Below are positions 9,666 to 18,770 of a stretch of 31,549 bases of DNA, piece by piece. Within the stretch, counting starts at the first letter, position 1, and each line of letters begins with the position of its first letter. The DNA is from Clostridia bacterium (GTDB lineage: Bacteria > Bacillota > Clostridia > UMGS1883), in the NCBI GenBank assembly GCA_051866635.1, contig JBJDXJ010000043.1, forward strand, positions 1 through 31,549. Reading direction: 5' to 3'. The position numbers were made by a program, and so were the translations under genes. The notes beneath the pieces are model-generated. The model did no database searches and was not told the origin of the DNA. It saw nothing but the letters and a program-made list of their open reading frames with translations.

Positions 9666-10664
9666 CTACCTTATCGTCGCATTAATTCTCGCAGTCAGCC
9701 TTTTGTACAAATCATCTTGGTCTGCCCACAAAACAGTATTAACCTGCTTCACATCAAGATGACCATCTTTACTAAACTGTTCTTTATTGCAAACCTGTAT
9801 AACTTCTTTGCCAAGTCCAAATGCATAACCGGCTTCATAATATGCACCGTTATTGTGACCTGTCAACTCTGCTATTACAAACCTTGCCTGCCTTATTTCA
9901 TAAAGCATTTCAGGTACAATTTGATGATTATGCTCAATTTCGTCCATAATGCGAGGTTCAAATCCACACTCAACTATCGCTTTTTTTATGATTTCTCGCG
10001 TCTCTTTCATCTCATAAGCAAACGACATCGCGACAAACACAGTCTTTGAGTTTTCAGATGAATTTTTCTGCAACTCATCCACTCTTTTCCAGCCGTTGGG
10101 TTTCATATATATTTTCGTTGTTTCTCCACAATAAGTCTCAAAAAAATCTTGTTCTACCAAATATCCTATAAGTTCATTTATTTGATTTTTTATCACTGCA
10201 TCTTTTAATAAATTTCCTTTTTCGTCGTGCTTTTTTATAAACAATGCACTTGTCAACTGCATAGCTGTAATTTCAAATATATCACCAAAAAACTTTGATT
10301 TCCTTGCAAAACCCAAAAGTATTTTATCAATCCTTTCCGCAAAACTTTTCGGCTGAAAGGCAAGAATCTCTTCTCTTGATACATAAGGAATGTTATCAGG
10401 TTCTTTGCATTCTCTATCGTACAATTCTTTATTTCCTAAGAATGTAGAAAACCTATATGGAACATCCGAAAAGTTTTCATCAGAATGATAATAGAGATAT
10501 GAAGCTATTTCATCCTTTATATCTGACCCCGTCATAAACGGAGATTTCTGATACTCAAACCTTCCGCAAGTAGGGCATTCCACGAACACATGATTATGAT
10601 CCATTCCTGTTTGCGAACTGGTTATACTACCCACACAATAAGGGCATATTTCATAATTACTCAT
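9666..10664 (-). CDS. Zn-ribbon + helical/wHTH + nucleoside 2-deoxyribosyltransferase-like domain protein
   Basis: N-terminal CPYC...CPTCGRF; C-terminal VFVAMSF, EIRQARFVIAELTGHNNGAYYEAGYAFGLGKEVI. ATG overlaps the mod stop (TGATG). Confidence 0.75.
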   Translation of the reverse strand: MSNYEICPYCVGSITSSQTGMDHNHVFVECPTCGRFEYQKSPFMTGSDIKDEIASYLYYHSDENFSDVPYRFSTFLGNKELYDRECKEPDNIPYVSREEILAFQPKSFAERIDKILLGFARKSKFFGDIFEITAMQLTSALFIKKHDEKGNLLKDAVIKNQINELIGYLVEQDFFETYCGETTKIYMKPNGWKRVDELQKNSSENSKTVFVAMSFAYEMKETREIIKKAIVECGFEPRIMDEIEHNHQIVPEMLYEIRQARFVIAELTGHNNGAYYEAGYAFGLGKEVIQVCNKEQFSKDGHLDVKQVNTVLWADQDDLYKRLTARINATIR

Positions 10665-12574
10665 CACAGCACCTTCCTTACCGTTGTGGGGCTATATGTA
10701 TTGAATATCTGCTCAAAGTTTGTTGCGACACTATCGTTTGCCATAGAACTGTCACGCATTACAAAATAATACGGTTTCTGCTTCGCAATTTCTGTTACCA
10801 CTTCTTCTGTAACATCTTTATCAAAGCACGCTATAAGATAATTACCCTCAACGCTGAACACTTTCTTACCGGCAATTGTTGTTTCCTCTATCTTGCCTGA
10901 AAGAAGCACACCTAAATCAAGCATAACCTGGAAAAGTAAATCTTCCGGCGTTCTGTCCTCTTTTATATTATCCACAGAATTTAAAAGCTCGTCCATCGTC
11001 AAAGCCTGTGGGCTGTAATAAACATCTTTCATATTGGAACTGTCGCATTTCAAAACACGGAAACCACCGTCAAATTTAGCGTTAGGATTTTCCTCCGCAA
11101 TCTTTTTAGCCGCACGACGGATACGCTCTTTACCGATTTCGCAAATGTTTTTATATCCAGCCTTATATGCTTCTGATTTCTCGTCTGTTTCTTCGGGCAA
11201 CTGCACCATAATAAACTTACGGTGTCCGCCGTCCTCTGCGTTTAACTGCATAACAGCGTGGGCGGTTGTGGCAGAGCCGGAGAAGAAGTCTAAAATTACA
11301 TCATCATTTCCAAGCACCATGTTTTGAATGTGTTTAATTAACTGAAGCGGCTTTGGATAATCAAAATATTTTCCATCAAACAATTCCATTACCTCTCTCG
11401 TTCCTCTTGCGGAATTAGCACCTTCGATATTAATTAAATTTTGATAAGATAATGTACGCATAATAGGCTTATCTTCATTGTCAACCTTTTCATATTGTTT
11501 AAAATATACAGACCAACTATTTGCTGTTTTTTTCATTACAATAAAGCCATTTTTTATTCCCCATTCAATCTTTGTCTTTGACCATCTCCAGTTCCAATGT
11601 TCTTGTTTTTCTGAGGTGCCACCAGGGTATATAGAAACACCATCAGGCATTTCTATCGAATAATTAAGTGCCTCAGAATAATGGCTTCCTGTCATTCTTC
11701 TATCAAGTTTATTAAGAACATATCCTCCGCGTTTTGAAAAATATTCATCCGTACTTGAATATTTTTTTCTATCTGTTATTTCTACCGTAGAAAATTTGCA
11801 TAACTCGCGATTTTTAGAGTAAAGCAAAATATTTTCTGTAACAATTTTTACATCTTCCCCTGTGTTGGAGCCAGGTGTAGATTGCCAAATTAAATTTGCA
11901 ACAAAATTGTTGTTCCCAAAAATTTCATCAGTAATTTTCCGAAGATTGTATAATTCTTCATCCCCTATCGAAATAAAAATAGCACCATCATCTGCCAATA
12001 AGTCTTTTGCTACTTTTAATCGTGAGTACATCATGTTAAGCCAATCTGTATGAAACCTACCATTGCTATCTATGTTCTTTACTAATCGATTGCCTGACTC
12101 GTCAAATTGTCCACTATTGCCTAAGTATTTTTCCGTGCTTTGCGCAAAGTCATCCTCATACACGAAGTCATTACCTGTATTATACGGTGGATCTATGTAT
12201 ATCATCTTAATTTTACCGAGATACGTTTCCTGCAACAGCTTCAATACTTCAAGATTATCGCCCTCAATATAAAGGTTCTCTGTATTATCAAAGTTAACAC
12301 TTTCATCTTTGCAAGGTCTTAAAGTTTTATTTATAGGAGCATTGGCAAGAAGGATAGACTTCTTCTTATCAGGCCATGTAAACTGATAGCGTTCATCCTT
12401 GCCTTCAACAACCGTTGTCGAAATCTCCTGCATCAACACGTCCTTGTCAATTGCACGAACAACCTCCCCATTTTCATCAATCGTTTCTGTCACGGCATTC
12501 GGGAATAATGCTGCCAACTTTTTAAAATTCTCATCCGCTTTATTCGGTGTGTGCATTTTTAATTCATCACTCAT
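10664..12574 (-). CDS. mod: Type III R-M methyltransferase subunit Mod (N6-adenine)
   Basis: NLYIEGDNLEVLKLL, IYIDPPYNTG, WLNMMYSRL, FDYPKP, ILDFFSGSATTAHAV; central AT-rich variable target-recognition region. Confidence 0.95.
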   Translation of the reverse strand: MSDELKMHTPNKADENFKKLAALFPNAVTETIDENGEVVRAIDKDVLMQEISTTVVEGKDERYQFTWPDKKKSILLANAPINKTLRPCKDESVNFDNTENLYIEGDNLEVLKLLQETYLGKIKMIYIDPPYNTGNDFVYEDDFAQSTEKYLGNSGQFDESGNRLVKNIDSNGRFHTDWLNMMYSRLKVAKDLLADDGAIFISIGDEELYNLRKITDEIFGNNNFVANLIWQSTPGSNTGEDVKIVTENILLYSKNRELCKFSTVEITDRKKYSSTDEYFSKRGGYVLNKLDRRMTGSHYSEALNYSIEMPDGVSIYPGGTSEKQEHWNWRWSKTKIEWGIKNGFIVMKKTANSWSVYFKQYEKVDNEDKPIMRTLSYQNLINIEGANSARGTREVMELFDGKYFDYPKPLQLIKHIQNMVLGNDDVILDFFSGSATTAHAVMQLNAEDGGHRKFIMVQLPEETDEKSEAYKAGYKNICEIGKERIRRAAKKIAEENPNAKFDGGFRVLKCDSSNMKDVYYSPQALTMDELLNSVDNIKEDRTPEDLLFQVMLDLGVLLSGKIEETTIAGKKVFSVEGNYLIACFDKDVTEEVVTEIAKQKPYYFVMRDSSMANDSVATNFEQIFNTYSPTTVRKVL

Positions 12575-13718
12575 TTTCGTTATCCTCTCCGTTTTCTATT
12601 ATATCGGTAATTTGTTCTATAAATATTTTACATAAATTGTTTTTGGATAATTCTAATTTTGTACATAAACCATTTTTTGTGTCTTTTTGAAAATTAAATT
12701 CTTTTTCCTTTTGATCACTTGGCATATAATACGTTTCTGAATTATGATAATAATATATTTTATTTGTGTTATGGTCTATACAAAAGAACTTTCCGTTAGA
12801 AGCACTTTCATTGCAAAAATAAGAAATATTATAAAATGTAGAATATGACCAATATATTGGGATATCATCCAAATCAAGTTGTTTATCGAAAACAATATTA
12901 ATAGCTTCTAAATCTAAGAATTTAGAAGAATCTATCTGAACCATGTTGTTTTTAATTAATTTTGAAAACCCATTGTCTGTAGAAACCGCATCTAAAATTT
13001 TGACGAAATTGGTTAAGTTATAGTTGCTATTATTCAGTCTTAATTTAAAAATATAGTAATGTGCACTTTCCAATAATTCATCTAAAAAATCCACTATATT
13101 GTTATATATAAAATCTTCTCCAAATAAAGGTTCAATATTCCCATAAAGGGAAATATTATATAGACTATCATCTGTAAAATATTTGCCTATATCATCTAAC
13201 TTAATTAATTGTGGGTATAGATAATTATATATTACATCAAATGTGTTAATGAAACAGGCTATTATTTCAGAATATTCGTCATTTGTTTTTAATCCAAAAT
13301 GAGTAATAGCATTGCGTTTTTGTCCAAGAGTTTCTAAGATTTTCTTTACTTTGTTAGGCAATTTGAATTTTTTAATATATTTTTTTACAGCGCAAGAATA
13401 TGTTATGGTTCTAAAACCATCTTCTTCAATCAGGATATCTTCCAATTTGATAGAACTGGTCACTTTTTGCATTGCTTTCAATATAACTTCGTTTTCTGGA
13501 TCTTCGTAAATGCTTGTTGGTTCATCAACTGCCAGTAAAACTTTTAATAATAACTCTACGGAATTTTCTAAAAAAGTTAAAGCAATTTTTATACACTCGT
13601 CATATTCCACGTCTGAAACAACCTTATCATTAACATAATAGAATTTAACGAAGTGTCTTTTTGCAATGAAAAAGGAATTAATTGCATTTTTGCATAATAA
13701 TAATTTAATATTAACCAC
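12567..13718 (-). CDS. Very AT-rich hypothetical protein with an N-terminal HEPN-like RNase motif
   Basis: LENSVELLLK helix followed by the RxxxxH motif RNAITH; 3' end overlaps the mod start by 8 nt; start codon uncertain (GTG 13718 or ATT 13709). Confidence 0.6.
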   Translation of the reverse strand: MVNIKLLLCKNAINSFFIAKRHFVKFYYVNDKVVSDVEYDECIKIALTFLENSVELLLKVLLAVDEPTSIYEDPENEVILKAMQKVTSSIKLEDILIEEDGFRTITYSCAVKKYIKKFKLPNKVKKILETLGQKRNAITHFGLKTNDEYSEIIACFINTFDVIYNYLYPQLIKLDDIGKYFTDDSLYNISLYGNIEPLFGEDFIYNNIVDFLDELLESAHYYIFKLRLNNSNYNLTNFVKILDAVSTDNGFSKLIKNNMVQIDSSKFLDLEAINIVFDKQLDLDDIPIYWSYSTFYNISYFCNESASNGKFFCIDHNTNKIYYYHNSETYYMPSDQKEKEFNFQKDTKNGLCTKLELSKNNLCKIFIEQITDIIENGEDNENE

Positions 13719-13760
13719 TCCTTCTAAATCAATTTTTTAATAAAAATTACAACCGTCTTA

Positions 13761-14363
13761 TTATTCTTTGCTTTCTAAATCTTTCTTTAACTTGTTAACC
13801 TGTTGTACCAACTCAAACTTCTTTTTCGGCTGTTTTTCTGCTCGTGCCTGTTTTTCCAGCTTTTCAATTTCCTTTTGGAGTTTCGCTTTGCGTTCTATCT
13901 GCTCCAAATTTTCGTCAAGGGTTAATTCCTCGCTCCACTCACCGATATCTAAACTCCGTACAATGTTTTCCCAAACCAAATCCATATTAAGCCCTTTTAT
14001 GCTTATTTCAGGCTCATTTTCAAACCACCGGGTCTTATACAGTTTTTTGTGGTATAAAGCTATTTGCGTTTTGTTTTCAAAAGTGAGTATGTACAGCACA
14101 TTGTGCGTATTGTTTTTTGAAATCACTTCAAGGATTTTATAGTTAAAATCCCATTTTTTCAGTTCAATATTCAAAACCAATATTTCTGAAATTGTTTCAC
14201 CCTTGTCAATATGTAAAGTGTCTGCCGAAAGCTTGTTCTGCCAAACAATCTTCTTTATGTCCATAACAAATGAATCTTTAATTGCAGAATTTAGATCAAG
14301 ATTTCTGTAAAAAGCCTCTTTCGGCATTACCTTATTAACTTCAGTTGCTTTCGGAAAGCTCAT
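13761..14363 (-). CDS. DUF4391-like protein
   Basis: N-terminal PKATEVNKVMPKEAFY, EILVLNIELK, C-terminal coiled coil LEKQARAEKQPKKKFEL; usual position between SNF2 helicase and mod. Confidence 0.8.
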   Translation of the reverse strand: MSFPKATEVNKVMPKEAFYRNLDLNSAIKDSFVMDIKKIVWQNKLSADTLHIDKGETISEILVLNIELKKWDFNYKILEVISKNNTHNVLYILTFENKTQIALYHKKLYKTRWFENEPEISIKGLNMDLVWENIVRSLDIGEWSEELTLDENLEQIERKAKLQKEIEKLEKQARAEKQPKKKFELVQQVNKLKKDLESKE

Positions 14364-14380
14364 AATTTTACCACCAAATA

Positions 14381-14650
14381 TTAATCATACCAATAAACTT
14401 CTTCCTCTTCCTTTTTCTTTTTTGCCGTGGAAGGATGTGCCTTCTTTTGTTTTTCTTTAAATTCTTCTTCTCTCAATGCCTTGTAGTTACTGCAATGTGC
14501 ACTACCTACACATTTTCCTGAGCGATAAGAACATCTATCACCTTCATATTGATAGTGCTTGCATCTGCCTTTATATCGTCTGTCGTCACCTTCGGCGCGA
14601 TGCACTCTTTCCTTGTGCCAAGGCGAACCTGTAAGTCTGTTAACTCCCAT
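14381..14650 (-). CDS. Small basic Cys-rich hypothetical protein (89 aa)
   Basis: AGGAGG SD overlapping the helicase stop; four Cys in CKHY...CSY...CVGSAHCSNY. Confidence 0.7.
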   Translation of the reverse strand: MGVNRLTGSPWHKERVHRAEGDDRRYKGRCKHYQYEGDRCSYRSGKCVGSAHCSNYKALREEEFKEKQKKAHPSTAKKKKEEEEVYWYD

Positions 14651-14659
14651 ATTCTCCTC

Positions 14660-17600
14660 CTATCTTACGACTAAGAAACAAATCAATTCAAAGTCATCAA
14701 GACCTTTTATATCATTTTTAAGAACAGTAGTTTCACCGCTTCCAAAGAAGCTGTCTATATCATTTTCTTCCTTCAATTCAATGATTGACGAAATCGCTTG
14801 TCCCAAAAGACGCGACATTTCTGTCATATTTCGTCCGTCTTTTGTTTCTTTGTTAAAAGCACGGTACACTTCGGGGATAGGTTCAGTTTTCCCCTTGCAA
14901 ATATATCGCATTTTGTCAAGCATTGCTTTAGGTGAAAGATGGTCGCATACAATTTCCCCGTCTTTAGATATATATACCATATAAAATGGGTGTAATCTGT
15001 TCTGATTATCAATGTTCACACTGTTGGAGCGATTTTTCAGCACATAAATCACACCTTCAGGTGCCTCGTCACTCTTTTGTGCAACCGCATGGAGACCAAA
15101 CGGTGTTTTGTCAAGGTCAGAATGGTTCTTTACATATTCAAGTAGGTCAAGTCTGAACTCATTGAGCCCCAAATCCATAATGGAAATACCCGAGCTCATT
15201 TCCTCAATGTCAACCACTTCTTCCTGAAGCCTCTTTAGCTGTGCTTTTCTGTACTCCAAATCACCTTTTTCTTCAGGGCTCAAAAGGTTATCGTCACCAG
15301 TGGATGTCATTACAGAAATCTTCATTCTTGTTTCAACTTTTGCCTTTAAGTCTATGTATTCATCAAGTGTAACATCGGGCCAGAAGTTTACAAGCTGAAT
15401 GTATTCATTTTTACTTCCTATACGGTCAATACGACCAAATCTCTGTATAATACGAACAGGGTTCCAGTGAATATCATAATTGATAAGATAGTCACAGTCC
15501 TGCAAATTTTGACCTTCGGATATACAGTCTGTTGCAATCAAAATATCAATGTCATCTTTTGGCATATTTTCAAACAAATCTCTGCCCTTTGATACAGGCG
15601 AGAAGCAAGTGAGAACAGTGTTCAAATCCGTCTTAAGGCGAGGCACCGTGGTTCTGCCGTCAACAGACCCTGTTATAATTGCAGTATTCAACCCAAACTT
15701 TTCTTTTACAAACTTACTTACATTGTCGTACAAGTATCCTGCTGTATCTGCAAAAGCAGTAAATATAATAACCTTTTTATTATCGGGGTTTATGGGGTTT
15801 GCAATCTTATTTGCAATAACATCTAAAAGTGTCTGCAACTTGCAATCGTGTTCGGGAGTTATGTCGCTGACCATAAGGTTTAATAATTCTAGCACATCCC
15901 TGTCTTTTTCAAGGCTTGCCTTCCAGGACTTATAATCCATATCTTCAAGGGATATCTTCACCTTCTTGCCGAAAGTAAATGTATCTTCTTCCTGGTCGTC
16001 CCAATCGTACTCATGAATATTTGTAATTTCATTCAAATCCATTTCTATATCAGACGTTTTAGTGTTTGCAAACTCATCAATGCTTGCAATAGTATCTTCA
16101 ATAAGAGTTCTTATTCTCTGCAAAGTAAGGTTAAAAGAATACACACTGCTTTCCATTCTCTTCATAAGGTTAATGGCAGTAAGCCTCCGTATACCCTGTT
16201 CACGACCTGCCTGAGTAAGGCTCTTATTATCTTCAAACAGCTCAGCGTATTTATCAACCTTGCTCGGGAATATAAAATGTGATGGAGTATAAATAGAAAG
16301 TGAAAGCTGCATAAGCTGTTCAAATATTTGATTATAGTTTATAGCATCCTTTAAATCTGTCAGCTTCGGACTATACGACATAGGCTTTAACCTTGTAGGG
16401 AACTGTCCAATATCCGCAGTATCGTAATACTTTTCAATATGCTTTCTTGAGCGAGCAATAGTAACGCTGTCAAGCACCTCAAAAAAGTCAAAATCAAGCA
16501 TCTTCAAAAGTGCTTCCGTTGTTCTTTTTTCAGGCTCCCATTTGCACCATGTATTAAATGCACGCTGTGCATTTTTAAATATATCATCAATAGAACGCTT
16601 TGTATTAAGCTTATCATCTATGTAAGAGCTTTCACCTTCGTATGCCAAAGCGAGCTGATTTTTTAAATCATTAAATCTGTTATTAACAGGGGTTGCACTC
16701 AGCATTAAAACTTTTGTTTTTACGCCTTTCCTGATTACTTTATTTAAAAGTGTCATGTAGCGGTTTTCTTTTTCGCTTTCTTCACCGGACAGTTTTCCGC
16801 CGTTTCTGAAATTGTGGGATTCGTCAATAACTACAAGATCATAATTCCCCCAGTTTATCTTGTCAAGCTCTATTCCGTTAGATGTTCCGTTTTTTCGATT
16901 TAAGTCAGTATGATAAAGAACATCATAACGAAGCCTATCCGATGCGATAGGATTATTTATATAGTTTGCCTTAAATGTGTTCCAGTTACTGCCAAGCTTT
17001 TTAGGGCATAATACAAGAACAGACTTGTTTCTGTTTTCGTAATACTTGATTACAGAAAGAGCCGTAAATGTTTTACCGAGTCCAACACTGTCAGCTAAGA
17101 TACAGCCGTTAAACTTTTCCAGTTTATTTATAATAGCCAGTGCTGCATCCTTCTGGAAATTGTAAAGCATACTCCAAATTTTACTTTCCTTAAATCCCGT
17201 AGCCTCGTTAGGCAAAACATCCTCACTTATATCCTCAAGAAATTCATTGAAAATATTATAGAGCGTAACAAAGTAAATAAAGTCAGGAGAATTTTCATTA
17301 TATGCTGTTGTTATATTTTCAATAACTTCTTCCGTAACGTCCTGTAATTCGTTAGAGTTATTCCAAAGCGAATTAAAAAGTTCTATATATGCATTTGAGA
17401 ACGGAGCCTCTGTTTTCTGCACCATGTTGTATGCATTGTTGCCTTTCTCACAACCAATATCAACCGTTGTAAAACCGTTTACGGGCATATAGTTTTTGTC
17501 ATCAACATTTATAAAGCCCATCATGTTTTTGTTAGTTGTATTCGATTTAAACGTAACCTTTTCCCTAATCCACTCAGCACACTCTTTCGCAATAGCCTTT

Positions 17601-17890
17601 TGCGTCATTTCGTTACGAAGCTTTACCTCAAATTCTGTTCCGTACAAGCTTCTTTCACGATGTAACCTCGGGATATAGAATTCACGTTTTTCCTTTTTTG
17701 TTTTGTCTGTTGTAAATGTGGGCGATGTGAAAATGAAACGCAATTCGTCTATTCCTTCAAGCTCCTTCTTAAGCTCCTGAAAAGCATAGATAGAAAAGCA
17801 TGCCGCAGCAATGCTTATCTTACTATCCGGCTTTATTTCAACAGATAAATCATCTCTGAGAGTTTCATTTATATTGTCAATAAGTTTCAT
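14660..17890 (-). CDS. SNF2-related SF2 helicase/ATPase
   Basis: YNFQKDA Q-motif, ILADSVGLGKT, IDESHNFRN, LSATPVNN, LIATDCISEGQNLQ, YDIHWNPVRIIQRFGRIDRIGS; GGGAGG SD before ATG 17890. Confidence 0.93.
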   Translation of the reverse strand: MKLIDNINETLRDDLSVEIKPDSKISIAAACFSIYAFQELKKELEGIDELRFIFTSPTFTTDKTKKEKREFYIPRLHRERSLYGTEFEVKLRNEMTQKAIAKECAEWIREKVTFKSNTTNKNMMGFINVDDKNYMPVNGFTTVDIGCEKGNNAYNMVQKTEAPFSNAYIELFNSLWNNSNELQDVTEEVIENITTAYNENSPDFIYFVTLYNIFNEFLEDISEDVLPNEATGFKESKIWSMLYNFQKDAALAIINKLEKFNGCILADSVGLGKTFTALSVIKYYENRNKSVLVLCPKKLGSNWNTFKANYINNPIASDRLRYDVLYHTDLNRKNGTSNGIELDKINWGNYDLVVIDESHNFRNGGKLSGEESEKENRYMTLLNKVIRKGVKTKVLMLSATPVNNRFNDLKNQLALAYEGESSYIDDKLNTKRSIDDIFKNAQRAFNTWCKWEPEKRTTEALLKMLDFDFFEVLDSVTIARSRKHIEKYYDTADIGQFPTRLKPMSYSPKLTDLKDAINYNQIFEQLMQLSLSIYTPSHFIFPSKVDKYAELFEDNKSLTQAGREQGIRRLTAINLMKRMESSVYSFNLTLQRIRTLIEDTIASIDEFANTKTSDIEMDLNEITNIHEYDWDDQEEDTFTFGKKVKISLEDMDYKSWKASLEKDRDVLELLNLMVSDITPEHDCKLQTLLDVIANKIANPINPDNKKVIIFTAFADTAGYLYDNVSKFVKEKFGLNTAIITGSVDGRTTVPRLKTDLNTVLTCFSPVSKGRDLFENMPKDDIDILIATDCISEGQNLQDCDYLINYDIHWNPVRIIQRFGRIDRIGSKNEYIQLVNFWPDVTLDEYIDLKAKVETRMKISVMTSTGDDNLLSPEEKGDLEYRKAQLKRLQEEVVDIEEMSSGISIMDLGLNEFRLDLLEYVKNHSDLDKTPFGLHAVAQKSDEAPEGVIYVLKNRSNSVNIDNQNRLHPFYMVYISKDGEIVCDHLSPKAMLDKMRYICKGKTEPIPEVYRAFNKETKDGRNMTEMSRLLGQAISSIIELKEENDIDSFFGSGETTVLKNDIKGLDDFELICFLVVR

Positions 17891-17993
17891 ATTAACCTCC
17901 CCCACAATTAATAGTAGTTGAATGCCTGTCCAATAAAACGCACACGTACAGCAAATTTCCACTTAATACTTTTGAATATAAGTATACTTATTT

Positions 17994-18021
17994 ATCATAT
18001 CACATTTTTTGCAAATTGCAA
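17994..18021 (-). promoter_or_regulatory. Probable promoter of the helicase-R-M operon
   Basis: TTGCAA, 16 nt, extended -10 TGaTATGAT. Confidence 0.55.
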
Positions 18022-18189
18022 AGGATTTTGTCGTATTTTCCGACATATTGGAAATTGTTCCGGTTTTTCGAAAACAATGTCAATCTTTAAACTGTGCGCT
18101 ATCTGTATCTCGTCCTTCCTTTACCCTGTATATCACCAGATTTTGCCATTTTTATTTCACTTTTTACAAAAAAATAAAACATCAATGAG

Positions 18190-18248
18190 CCCAAGTCTAT
18201 CCGGGAGTTTAAAAGATTTTTTTAAAAGAGTAATTTCGGCGAAGCACT
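18190..18248. repeat. Degenerate direct repeat, copy 1 (copy 2 at ~20458-20514)
   Basis: Core AGATTTTTTTAAAAGAGTAATTTCGGCGAA (18214-18243). Confidence 0.75.
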
Positions 18249-18308
18249 CCGCCGCATCACCGACCTGGGAAAACCTGTAAAAATCAACGGAATGACCTTC
18301 CGCTAAGC

Positions 18309-18404
18309 TTAAACGAGACCGAAATTCGGTCTCGTTGTCTTTTTGTATGTAAGCTTTTCCATATACACCTTCGCTCGCTCTAACATTTCTAATTCTGTTG
18401 TCAT
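18309..18404 (-). pseudogene. Truncated gene remnant (31 aa)
   Basis: GAGGAG SD then MTTELEMLERAKVYMEKL..., resembling the N-terminus of a longer conserved Firmicutes hypothetical protein; runs into a hairpin and stops. Confidence 0.45.
18312..18344. terminator. Perfect inverted repeat / terminator-like hairpin
   Basis: AACGAGACCGAA-a-TTCGGTCTCGTT followed by GTCTTTTT. Confidence 0.6.
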
Positions 18405-18434
18405 TTTTCCATCTCTCCTCTACTATTTCAGTTA

Positions 18435-18770
18435 TTACTCAAAAAGGTCCTCGTAGATTCTTTTCATTCGCTTAACAGTCCTTTTCAACAAAGCATTGGT
18501 TATATCTATATCAAATCTCTTATAGTCCCATATTACTTCTTTATAGAATACATCATAGTAGATTGGAGGCACGCCCGTTTTATCAACCGTTTTTATATAT
18601 TCTGCCCATTCTCCCGCAGAAAATCCCTCTATAATCCCCAATACCGCACCATCTGTAACGTAAGGATAGTGATTTCCCGTTCCTTTTACCATCGGTTTTA
18701 CACAAATAAGCTCAATATCAAAAAACCAGCCTGCACCGTAATCATATTCCAGTTCCATTGTATCGCCCAT
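18435..18770 (-). pseudogene. C-terminal fragment of a plasmid pRiA4b ORF3-like (TnpR-like) protein
   Basis: GDTMELEYDYGAGWFFDIEL...YPYVTDG...GIIE motif at the very start of the ORF; no SD; N-terminal part missing. Confidence 0.6.

Noticed and set aside
9666-10664. Retron system suggested by the NDT-like effector
   Set aside because: No reverse transcriptase or msr-msd-like region in the window
10664-12574. Phase-variable mod (phasevarion)
   Set aside because: No simple-sequence repeat tract seen in the ORF; frame intact
10664-17890. DISARM or BREX assignment from SNF2 helicase plus methyltransferase
   Set aside because: No DrmA/DrmB or PglZ/BrxC-like genes; the methylase and nuclease are typical type III Mod/Res
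17891-18280. Helicase N-terminal extension to 17962 and + strand ORF 17918-18280
   Set aside because: Strong SD at 17890; the region looks like promoter/intergenic DNA
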